Below are positions 24,335-32,031 of a DNA stretch of 35,641 nucleotides, one piece after another; positions within the stretch are counted from its first letter, which is position 1, and every line of letters starts with the position of its first letter. Source of the stretch: Planctomycetota bacterium (GTDB lineage: Bacteria; Planctomycetota; Planctomycetia; Pirellulales; Pirellulaceae). The notes under the pieces were generated by a model. The model saw only the letters and a program-made list of their open reading frames with translations, was not told the origin of the DNA and made no database searches. Location: contig JAZADA010000342.1 in NCBI GenBank assembly GCA_036124135.1, positions 1 to 35,641 on the forward strand. Direction: 5' to 3'. A program made the translations under genes and the position numbers.

Positions 24335-25858
24335 ATGCGAAGTTTCCTGAGTGGTTTGTTGCTGGCCCTGCTGGTTGGTTGTGGTTCGCAAAATAGTGAC
24401 GAACAGGTAAACAACCCGGCGGGCCAGGTGAATGTCCCTGCGAAACTGACGGCCGAGCAGGCCGAGATGATCCTGTCCATGAAAGTTGGTCAATGGGAAA
24501 TTGAACACCTCGTGGAACGGGACGGATCGAATCCGTTTCCTAGCCAGGAGATCCTGCTGGGTCGCTGGAAAGAGAAGGGGAAATCGGTGGAGGCTGTCGG
24601 CCACGATTTCGGTAAGGACCTCCTGTATTTCTTCGAGATGATTCACGATCAGGATCTCGGCGTGGTAGTCGGCAAGATCACTTTGAGCAATGGCAGGGAG
24701 ATGGTTAAGCACTACTCGTGGGATGAGTCTACCAAGACGATTCGGATCAACATGGCCAAACCGACCAGCCTCGATGGTAAAAAATATTCCGTGGTCGTGG
24801 ACCGCCTGGATAAAGATACATTTACTGGCAAAGTGACCGTGACGGAGGATGGCAAAACGATTGGCACCCAGTCCTCTCGGGGTCAGCGGTTTGGGCCGGC
24901 CTCCGATAAGGAATTCGAGGATTTCAAGCAGCTGTTCCGATCGGAATCAACCGGTGTGTCGATGGAACCGAGTCAGCCCGACGTGGTTGCTGAGGATGAG
25001 GAGATCCCGGACTTTCCAGACAAGAAGATGACGGCCCAGCAGGCCCGGGAAAGCCTGGCGCGGGGTGTTGGCCAGTTCCAGGGACAAGGGACGAGGGGAC
25101 CGGTCAATGGAGAGCAGGTTGCCACGCGAGACAACTGGCAGGCACGTTTGGTTGCCGGGGAAATTGCTGCTGAAATTGTCGGACGGTTTGAAAGTGAGAA
25201 CCAGGAAATCCTGTACCAGGGCAACATTCACTACGACGAACAACTGGGACTGTTGGTACTGCAATATGCCGATTCTGCGGGTCTTGAACGGACGGAGCAT
25301 TATTACTCGGATCCCATAACCGGCAGGAGTTATGTCCGGTCCGTTGCTCCGGCATTGCCCCCGGGAGTTTCCGTCAAGCAAATTCGTGATGAAGGTGAGG
25401 ATGGCCATGGAAAAGGCAAGGTACAGGTGACACAGGATGGAAAGCTGGTGTTTCGAGTCCAGTATGCGTTCGAGAAGATTGGCCCGGTTGACGGTCGGCA
25501 GTTTGAAAAAATGTTGGCCGAACAGGAGCAGGCCATGGAAGCGCTGAAGTCCAACAAGCTGGCCTTCGTTCCGTACACGACGCGGGACGCACTCCCCGGT
25601 TCCCGCGGCAACAAGGATGTTCGGATCGTGTTTCAGAATGATTTAGAGAACGTCATCAAGTACTGGTACGTTGAGGGAGAGGAAAATAAGCTGTACGGAG
25701 AAATGCAGCCAGGTGAACGCAGGCCGCAGCAGACTTTTACCGGTCATGTCTGGTTGATCACGGACGAGGATGATAAGCCGTTGGGATACTTCATTGCCGG
25801 TGGTGTTGATGCCACGGCCCGTATCGTGCCGGTGAAACCGGCTGGGAATCCCGAGTAG
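24335..25858 (+). CDS. Lipoprotein with two tandem homologous modules and a VHL-beta-domain-like C-terminus
   Basis: 507-aa ORF with a lipobox (LLLALLVGCGSQ). The internal duplication covers about 24446-24902 and about 25028-25483. Matching strings are TAEQAEMILSMKVGQW / TAQQARESLARGVGQF and GKVTVTEDGK / GKVQVTQDGK. C-terminus: VRIVFQNDLENVIKYWYVEGEENKLYGEMQPGERRPQQTFTGHVWLITDEDDKPLG. Confidence 0.85.
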   Translation: MRSFLSGLLLALLVGCGSQNSDEQVNNPAGQVNVPAKLTAEQAEMILSMKVGQWEIEHLVERDGSNPFPSQEILLGRWKEKGKSVEAVGHDFGKDLLYFFEMIHDQDLGVVVGKITLSNGREMVKHYSWDESTKTIRINMAKPTSLDGKKYSVVVDRLDKDTFTGKVTVTEDGKTIGTQSSRGQRFGPASDKEFEDFKQLFRSESTGVSMEPSQPDVVAEDEEIPDFPDKKMTAQQARESLARGVGQFQGQGTRGPVNGEQVATRDNWQARLVAGEIAAEIVGRFESENQEILYQGNIHYDEQLGLLVLQYADSAGLERTEHYYSDPITGRSYVRSVAPALPPGVSVKQIRDEGEDGHGKGKVQVTQDGKLVFRVQYAFEKIGPVDGRQFEKMLAEQEQAMEALKSNKLAFVPYTTRDALPGSRGNKDVRIVFQNDLENVIKYWYVEGEENKLYGEMQPGERRPQQTFTGHVWLITDEDDKPLGYFIAGGVDATARIVPVKPAGNPE

Positions 25859-25867
25859 TCAGCCAGT

Positions 25868-26977
25868 TCATCCTGGCGAACGGGCTACCTGGTGCTTTTC
25901 CAGCAGTGGCCATTTGAATTGGACCCCGTGACCGGGCCGACCGGGAGCCGTGGCCTGTCCCTCCGCAATGACGAGGGGACTTTCCAGGAATCGCTCCAGG
26001 CCAAATCCGTGAACTTCCAGGTAGGAAGCATTGGGTATGGCGGACAGCAGGTGAACATGGAGGTCGTGCACGCCATGCGAGGTAACTGGTAGCTGGCATG
26101 CCTCGGCGTGGTGAGCAACCTTCAGCCAGGCAGTGATGCCGCCGATGTTGGCCACGTCCGGTTCCGGGAAAGCGGCACCACCAGCCGCGATCAGTTTTTC
26201 GAATTCGTAAACCGTATGCAGGTTTTCACCGCTGGCTACAGGGATTCCCCCCTCGGCCTGGATGCGATGATGCCCCGTGAAATCTTCTGGAATGGTTGGT
26301 TCTTCCAGCCAGTACAGGTGCTGGTCCGCGAATGCCTGTGCAGCCAGGATGGCCTCGTCCACGGTCCATCGCATGTTGGCATCGACCATCAATGGGATAT
26401 CCGGTCCCAGTAAGGTTCGCATGGCTGAAACGCGTTGTACGTCCTCTGCCAGTAATTCACGTCCGACTTTCATCTTGATGGCTCGGAAACCCAGCTCCAG
26501 GTTTTGCTCAGTTTGTCGTAACAAATCATCCAGTGGTAATTGTAGATCGATCCCTCCGGCATAGGCGGCGACCTCCGGGTTCGTACCACCAAGAAACTGC
26601 CAGAGTGGTTGGTTGGCCCGACGAGACTTCAGGTCCCAGAGTGCAATGTCGACTGCTGCGATCGCGAAGGAAGCCAGGCCACCGCGGCCCACGAAGTGCA
26701 GGGCCCACCACATTTTTTCCCAGAGCGTGTCGATCCTGTCGGCGTCCTCTCCGATCAACAGCGGCGTGAGATCCTGGGACAGCAGGGATAGGATCGCGGC
26801 TCCTCCGGTCTTGCCAACGGTGTAGGTGTAACCGGTTCCCTCGGCTCCCTCGTGGTCCTGGATCGTAACCGTGACTAACCCAAAGTGGGTCATTTCACCG
26901 TGCATCGAATCAGTGAGTACCTGGGGGAGGGGGATATGGAAAAGTTGGCAATCAACCTTTTCAATGGTCACGTTCAT
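25868..26977 (-). CDS. Enolase-superfamily enzyme, mandelate racemase/muconate lactonizing subgroup (probable acid-sugar dehydratase)
   Basis: Catalytic and metal-ligand strings are FRAIKMKVG (KxK), MVDANMRW, YWLEEP, ASGENL and VTSHGVHD. I prefer the start at the ATG at 26977 (MNVTIEKVDCQLFHIPLP), which gives the canonical N-terminus. The track start at 27058 adds 27 atypical residues. Confidence 0.9.
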   Translation of the reverse strand: MNVTIEKVDCQLFHIPLPQVLTDSMHGEMTHFGLVTVTIQDHEGAEGTGYTYTVGKTGGAAILSLLSQDLTPLLIGEDADRIDTLWEKMWWALHFVGRGGLASFAIAAVDIALWDLKSRRANQPLWQFLGGTNPEVAAYAGGIDLQLPLDDLLRQTEQNLELGFRAIKMKVGRELLAEDVQRVSAMRTLLGPDIPLMVDANMRWTVDEAILAAQAFADQHLYWLEEPTIPEDFTGHHRIQAEGGIPVASGENLHTVYEFEKLIAAGGAAFPEPDVANIGGITAWLKVAHHAEACQLPVTSHGVHDLHVHLLSAIPNASYLEVHGFGLERFLESPLVIAEGQATAPGRPGHGVQFKWPLLEKHQVARSPG

Positions 26978-27150
26978 CCCTTTCAGATTGCAGGCAGCAA
27001 GAATTTGCGAAGTGTCCGGTTTGGCTGGTTGGTACGAGACTGACCAGGTATCCATCACTATATTTCAAGTTGCCTGGAACGGCGACCCTGGCCGAACTGT
27101 TAACCTGGGGCCAGGGGGGTAGGTGAGGATGGGCAGTGAACCATCAGGCT

Positions 27151-27768
27151 CTACTTGGAGGCGGCCAGCTTAAACACCTTTTCGGCCAGTGACATCAACT
27201 CTTTAAGCGACTCATCGGTTCGCTTAAAGTCGTGGGATAACTTGACGATTCGTTGCTCGGAATAAACGAACTTGAGTTCGGTGCGATCATCAAAGAGGCG
27301 ACTGCGTCCGTCACGTGAACGAGACATCGACACGTCGATGTGCTTGAGGTTACTGGATTTCGCATGAAATTCGATGGTGTTGAACACTTGCTTGCTCTGG
27401 TTGAGTTCACCGTTGAACAGTGACTTGTGAATTACGATGTAGGTTTTGATCTGTGGATGTTTCTCCAGTGCCCGATCCAGTTGCTGCAGGAGATCCCAGA
27501 GGTGCTTGTTATTGTTGCGAGCGTAAATACTAATCGCCTTTTCTTTTCGATAGACGCCTGCCAGGCAGGTGTTGTTTCCGTTGAGCCTGGGGAATGTTGG
27601 TGAAACAACCACCCAGGTAGTTGTTGTTGGAACATAGTTAGATAGGTCGGTTCCATAGACGCGAGCAGGTTTTGTTACTGGAGTTGGCTCTTGTGACTGA
27701 AGATGGGCAGGAAACAACAGACAACAGGTGGAGAAAAAGATTTGCAGCAGGTGTCGTGATTCCGACAT
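27151..27768 (-). CDS. Secreted hypothetical protein (orphan)
   Basis: 205-aa ORF with a signal peptide (MSESRHLLQIFFSTCCLLFPAHLQSQE). I recognise no family. By eye it is visibly more AT-rich than its neighbours. Confidence 0.65.
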   Translation of the reverse strand: MSESRHLLQIFFSTCCLLFPAHLQSQEPTPVTKPARVYGTDLSNYVPTTTTWVVVSPTFPRLNGNNTCLAGVYRKEKAISIYARNNNKHLWDLLQQLDRALEKHPQIKTYIVIHKSLFNGELNQSKQVFNTIEFHAKSSNLKHIDVSMSRSRDGRSRLFDDRTELKFVYSEQRIVKLSHDFKRTDESLKELMSLAEKVFKLAASK

Positions 27769-27910
27769 ATGATAGGTCTCCTGGCCGAGACGCGTGAGAT
27801 GCTCCTGGTCAATATACTTGATTCTAATGGTCCCATGTCACAGGACGGCCCCGTTTTTGATTCGTGGTTGATGTCGTCCTTGTTTTCCGTTGCAAATAAG
27901 GCAAACCGGG

Positions 27911-27922
27911 AGGATATATCCT
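27911..27922. promoter_or_regulatory. Perfect 12-bp palindrome AGGATATATCCT in a divergent intergenic region (candidate operator)
   Basis: AGGATA|TATCCT lies at 27911-27922. A further AGGATATA half-site copy sits about 40 bp downstream, within TAATAGGATATACG. Both lie between the divergent genes 27151-27768 (-) and 28020-29396 (+). Confidence 0.3.
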
Positions 27923-28019
27923 AGCCAGTACGTCTGTCGTGGGGCTATATTAATAGGATATACGAGCCGCGTGCCCGGTTGGGTACGATCCACGTCAGCA
28001 TGCCCTTGGAGTTAGTCAA

Positions 28020-29396
28020 ATGCTCAAGATAACTGGTCAGGGAAAATCCCATACATGTGACGGCGTGACACGTCGTGATGTCTTGCAGGTAGGAGCGTTG
28101 GGAGCCGTGGGGCTGACCTTACCCCAGTACATGGCAGCCGAGGCCAACGGGGCGATCAAGGACAAGGACGATGATCGCGCCTGCATCATGATTTTCAATC
28201 TCGGTGCACCCAGTCATGTCGATACCTTTGATATGAAGCCCGATGCACCGGCCGAGGTGCGGGGACCTTTTAAGCCGATCAAGACCGCGTCTCCCGAGAT
28301 CCAGATTTCCGAGATCTTGCCGCAGCATGCCAAGGTCGCAGACAAGTTTTCCCTGGTCCGTTCCTGTTACCATACCAGTGCTGCCGTACACGATGCCGGT
28401 TGGCAGATGATGCAGACCGGCCGCCAGTTCAGCGGGGGTGTGAATTACCCACATGCAGGTGCAGCCATGAGTTACCTGCGCGGTCGTAAGACGGACTTGC
28501 CGCCGTTTGTCGTGCTCCCGGAAACCATGGGCCGTGGTGGCGGTAATCTACCCAACGGACAGGCAGGTGGTTTCCTGGGTAAGGCGCACGATCCCTTTGC
28601 CCTGATGGCGGATCCTTCCAAGCCGGAATTCCAGGTGCCTGACCTGTTGCCCCCGGATGATATTGGCACTGCCCGGCTCAACCGCCGGCGCCGGATGCGG
28701 GACGTGGTTGACCAGACGGTCAAGAATTTCGAGGCCACGGAGAATGCCCAGTTGCTGGATAAGAATTTCCAGGCAGCGTTTCGCCTGATGACCAGCAGCC
28801 AGGCCCGAGATGCTTTTGATCTTTCGAAGGAGCCCAAGAAAGTACGTGAGCGATACGGGATGACACGCTTTGGCCAGTGCTGCCTGCTTGCTCGTCGCCT
28901 GATTGAAGCGGGCGTGCGATTTGTCACGATCAATACGTTCCTGACCGTGTTCGACGAGATTACCTGGGATATCCATGGTTCGAAACCGTTTACCTCGATC
29001 GAGGGTATGAAGAACATCGTGGCGCCCCTCTATGACCAGGGATACAGCGCCTTGCTGGAAGATCTCGATCAGCGGGGTCTGCTCGATAAGACGCTGGTCT
29101 GCAACCTGGCCGAGTTTGGCCGCACGCCGCGAGTGAATCCTGCAGGTGGTCGTGATCACTGGCCGCAATGCTTTACCTGCGGATTTGCCGGAGGTGGTGT
29201 GCAGGGAGGGCGGGTCGTGGGAGCGAGTGATCCCATCGGTGGCGTTCCCGTGGATCGCCCGGCTGGACCCAGCGAAGTGGTTGCGACCATCTTCCGTAGC
29301 CTGGGATTCGACCTGGAGTCAACATTGCCCGGGCCGGCTGGCCGGCCGTTTCCATTGGTTGACTTCGGACACCACGAGATTTCTGAATTGTTTTAA
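28020..29396 (+). CDS. DUF1501-domain protein with a Tat-type signal
   Basis: 458-aa ORF with a TRRDVLQVGALGAVGL N-terminus. DUF1501 strings: IFNLGAPSHVDTFDMKPDAP, RFVTINTF, LAEFGRTPRVNPAGGRDHWP, AGGGVQGGRVVGASD. It is a paralog of the gene at 4962-6215. Confidence 0.93.
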   Translation: MLKITGQGKSHTCDGVTRRDVLQVGALGAVGLTLPQYMAAEANGAIKDKDDDRACIMIFNLGAPSHVDTFDMKPDAPAEVRGPFKPIKTASPEIQISEILPQHAKVADKFSLVRSCYHTSAAVHDAGWQMMQTGRQFSGGVNYPHAGAAMSYLRGRKTDLPPFVVLPETMGRGGGNLPNGQAGGFLGKAHDPFALMADPSKPEFQVPDLLPPDDIGTARLNRRRRMRDVVDQTVKNFEATENAQLLDKNFQAAFRLMTSSQARDAFDLSKEPKKVRERYGMTRFGQCCLLARRLIEAGVRFVTINTFLTVFDEITWDIHGSKPFTSIEGMKNIVAPLYDQGYSALLEDLDQRGLLDKTLVCNLAEFGRTPRVNPAGGRDHWPQCFTCGFAGGGVQGGRVVGASDPIGGVPVDRPAGPSEVVATIFRSLGFDLESTLPGPAGRPFPLVDFGHHEISELF

Positions 29397-29454
29397 TTTC
29401 ACGGGCTAGCTTTTTCAGGCTGGAAACCGGGTGAAATTTGAAGAGATATGTTCC

Positions 29455-29460
29455 AGGAGG
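29455..29460 (+). promoter_or_regulatory. Shine-Dalgarno AGGAGG for the Big_2-DUF1549-DUF1553 gene
   Basis: AGGAGG lies 5 nt upstream of the ATG at 29466. This supports 29466 over the track start at 29448. Confidence 0.6.
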
Positions 29461-29465
29461 TTTTG

Positions 29466-31967
29466 ATGCGATTTGAACACGGCGTGGTACGGCCCGGCCG
29501 ATCGCTGGCTTTCATGGCCTTGCTACTGATCAGCATGGTAGGCAACCTGGTGGCAGCAGAATCGCTGGCGATCTTGCCCGCGGACTTCACACTCACGGGA
29601 GCCGGGTCCCAGCATCGCTTGCTGGTACAACGCATGATCGACGGTGAGTACTCCGGGGAAGCAGCCAAGGTAATCTTTTCTTCTGACAATCCCGACGTGG
29701 TCGTGATTCGAAACGGTGTGGCCGTTTCCATGGGTGACGGTACCGCCCAGATCAAGGCCGTCAGTGGACAGCTGACAACGACGACCCGTGTGCGTGTTGT
29801 AAAGGCAGGCCAGGTCATTCCGCGCAGTTTTCGTAATCATGTCTTGCCAGTATTTGCCAAGTCGGGTTGCAACTCCGGATCCTGTCACGGTGCCCTGGCT
29901 GGCAAGGGAGGATTCAAGTTGTCGCTGCGAGGCTACGATGCAGCAACGGATCACTCGACGATTACCAGGCAGGCGCGTGGTCGACGGATCGAGTTATCGG
30001 ATCCGGGCCGCAGCCTCATCCTGGCGAAACCCTCGGGGGCAATTCGCCACAAGGGCGGATTGCGTTTTGATGTCGGTTCATCGAATTACCAGGTCGTGGC
30101 TGACTGGATCTCTGCTGGTGCACCGGCACCTCGAGCCGATGATACCCAGTTGGAACGCCTGGAAATCCTTCCCCCGGTCAGTATCTTGAAGCCGGGTAAA
30201 ACACAGCAGATGCTGGTGCGTGCGCACTACTCGGATGGACGCGTGGAGGACGTGACTCACTGGGCCAAGTACGCCTCGGCTAATGAAACCGTGGCCAGTA
30301 TCGACGATGATGGTCGTGTCATGATCATGGGTTATGGAGAGGGGGCCGTGACGGCCTGGTTCTCCCAGAAAATCGTCATTGCTCGCTTTTCGGCACCCCA
30401 TGAGAACCAGATTGCGGACCAGGTATTTGTCGAGGCTACTCGACATAACTTTATCGATGAACTGGTTTTGAAACAGTTACAAAGACTGCGATTGCGGCCC
30501 TCGACACTTGCCAGTGACCAGGAATTCTTGCGACGCGTGTTCATTGACACGATCGGGACACTACCGACCGTTGCAGAAACCACTGGATTCCTGGCGGACG
30601 AGGATCCGAACAAGCGTGACAAGCTGATTGACAGTTTGTTGGAGCGTCCTGAATTCGTGGATTACTGGACCTACAAGTGGTCCGATGTGCTGCTAATCAA
30701 TGGTCAGAAATTGAGGCCGGCAGCCGTGAAGGCTTACTACACCTGGCTGCGAGAGAAAGTGAAGGCTGGCACTCCCTGGGATCAACTCGTCCGAGACGTG
30801 GTAACCTCCAGTGGCAGTAGCCATGAAAATGGAGCCACTAATTTCTTTGCGCTCCACCAGGATCCGGAGGGAATGAGCGAGAACGTGGCCCAGGCATTCC
30901 TCGGGTTGTCGATTGGTTGTGCCAAGTGCCACAATCATCCGCTGGAGAAATGGACCAATAACCAGTACTACGCCATGGCCAACATGTTTTCACGTGTACG
31001 GGCCAAGGGCTGGGGTGGAGACGGTCGTAATGGGAATGGCCTGCGGACACTTTTTGTCGTACCAACCGGTGAACTCGTGCAACCGTTGACGGGGAAACCA
31101 CAACCTCCAACACCACTGGATGGCCAGCCGTTGGCATTTGACGATGCAACCGATCGCAGGATCGCCCTGGCAGCATGGTTGACTGCCCCGGACAATCCTT
31201 ACTTTGCCCGCTCGATCACGAATCGTGTCTGGGCGAATTTCATGGGAGTTGGCCTGGTGGAGACGGTGGATGACATGCGTGTCTCCAATCCAGCAACCAA
31301 TGAGCAGTTGCTGGCTGCCAGCGCCCGCTACCTGGTAGAGCACCAGTTTGACCTGAAATCACTGATGCGGGTCATCATGCAGTCTGCCACTTACCAGCGC
31401 AGTAGCATGCCGCTGGAGCAGAACCAGGCAGAGAAGCGTTTCTACGCTCGCTATTACCCGCGGCGCATGATGGCCGAGGTGTTGTTGGATGCGATCTCAC
31501 AGGTTATCGATGTTCCCAGCACGTTTAACGAAATTGCTTTCAATGGTGCCGATAAACAGAAAACCGACTTTTATCCCCGCGGTACCCGTGCCATTCAATT
31601 ATACGATTCGGCCGTGGCGTCCAATTTCCTCAAGACGTTTGGCCGTAATGATCGGGCGATCACCTGTGAATGTGAACGTTCCGATGAACCGTCCATGATC
31701 CAGGTGCTGCATATTTCCAATGGTTCGACCATTAACAACAAGATGAAAAGCAAGGACAGCCATGTCACCAGGTTAGCAGCTTCGGAGAAACCGTTTTCCG
31801 AGATCATTGATGACGCTTACCTGCGTTGCCTGTCTCGTCATCCGACGGACCAGGAAGCCAAGGCCCTGTTGGCCATGATGCAGGAGTCCAAGGATGATCG
31901 CCGTATCGCGGTCGAGGACCTTTACTGGGCCGTACTCAGTAGTCGAGAGTTCTTGTTTAACCACTAG
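29466..31967 (+). CDS. Secreted protein with bacterial Ig-like (Big_2-type) domains plus DUF1549 (PSCyt2) and DUF1553 (PSD1)
   Basis: The signal peptide follows the ATG at 29466 (MRFEHGVVRPGRSLAFMALLLISMVGNLVAAES). Ig-like strings: FSSDNPDVVVIRNGVAVSMGDGTAQIKA and YASANETVASIDDDGRVMIMGYGEGAVTAWF. DUF1549: RRVFIDTIGTLPT, ERPEFVDYWTYKWSDVL, CAKCHNHPLEKWTNNQYY. DUF1553: FARSITNRVWANFMGVGLVETVDDM, ITCECERSDEPS, VLSSREFLFNH. Confidence 0.92.
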   Translation: MRFEHGVVRPGRSLAFMALLLISMVGNLVAAESLAILPADFTLTGAGSQHRLLVQRMIDGEYSGEAAKVIFSSDNPDVVVIRNGVAVSMGDGTAQIKAVSGQLTTTTRVRVVKAGQVIPRSFRNHVLPVFAKSGCNSGSCHGALAGKGGFKLSLRGYDAATDHSTITRQARGRRIELSDPGRSLILAKPSGAIRHKGGLRFDVGSSNYQVVADWISAGAPAPRADDTQLERLEILPPVSILKPGKTQQMLVRAHYSDGRVEDVTHWAKYASANETVASIDDDGRVMIMGYGEGAVTAWFSQKIVIARFSAPHENQIADQVFVEATRHNFIDELVLKQLQRLRLRPSTLASDQEFLRRVFIDTIGTLPTVAETTGFLADEDPNKRDKLIDSLLERPEFVDYWTYKWSDVLLINGQKLRPAAVKAYYTWLREKVKAGTPWDQLVRDVVTSSGSSHENGATNFFALHQDPEGMSENVAQAFLGLSIGCAKCHNHPLEKWTNNQYYAMANMFSRVRAKGWGGDGRNGNGLRTLFVVPTGELVQPLTGKPQPPTPLDGQPLAFDDATDRRIALAAWLTAPDNPYFARSITNRVWANFMGVGLVETVDDMRVSNPATNEQLLAASARYLVEHQFDLKSLMRVIMQSATYQRSSMPLEQNQAEKRFYARYYPRRMMAEVLLDAISQVIDVPSTFNEIAFNGADKQKTDFYPRGTRAIQLYDSAVASNFLKTFGRNDRAITCECERSDEPSMIQVLHISNGSTINNKMKSKDSHVTRLAASEKPFSEIIDDAYLRCLSRHPTDQEAKALLAMMQESKDDRRIAVEDLYWAVLSSREFLFNH

Positions 31968-32031
31968 ACATTTACGTGTAAGAAAAATGAGATCGTGAGT
32001 GCCTGGGCACCGCGGAGCAGGAGAAGAGGTT

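Noticed and set aside
25859-25867. Convergent stop codons of the lipoprotein gene and the enolase-superfamily gene lie only 9 nt apart, leaving no room for terminators.
   Set aside because: It is worth noting, but it is common in compact bacterial genomes, where termination signals may lie inside the opposing CDS. The sequence alone gives no specific functional signal.
27087-27116. An inverted repeat, CCCTGGCC...GGCCAGGG, downstream of the minus-strand gene 27151-27768. I considered it as a terminator.
   Set aside because: It is only an 8-bp stem with a 14-nt loop and has no U-tract on the relevant (minus) strand. It is not convincing as an intrinsic terminator.
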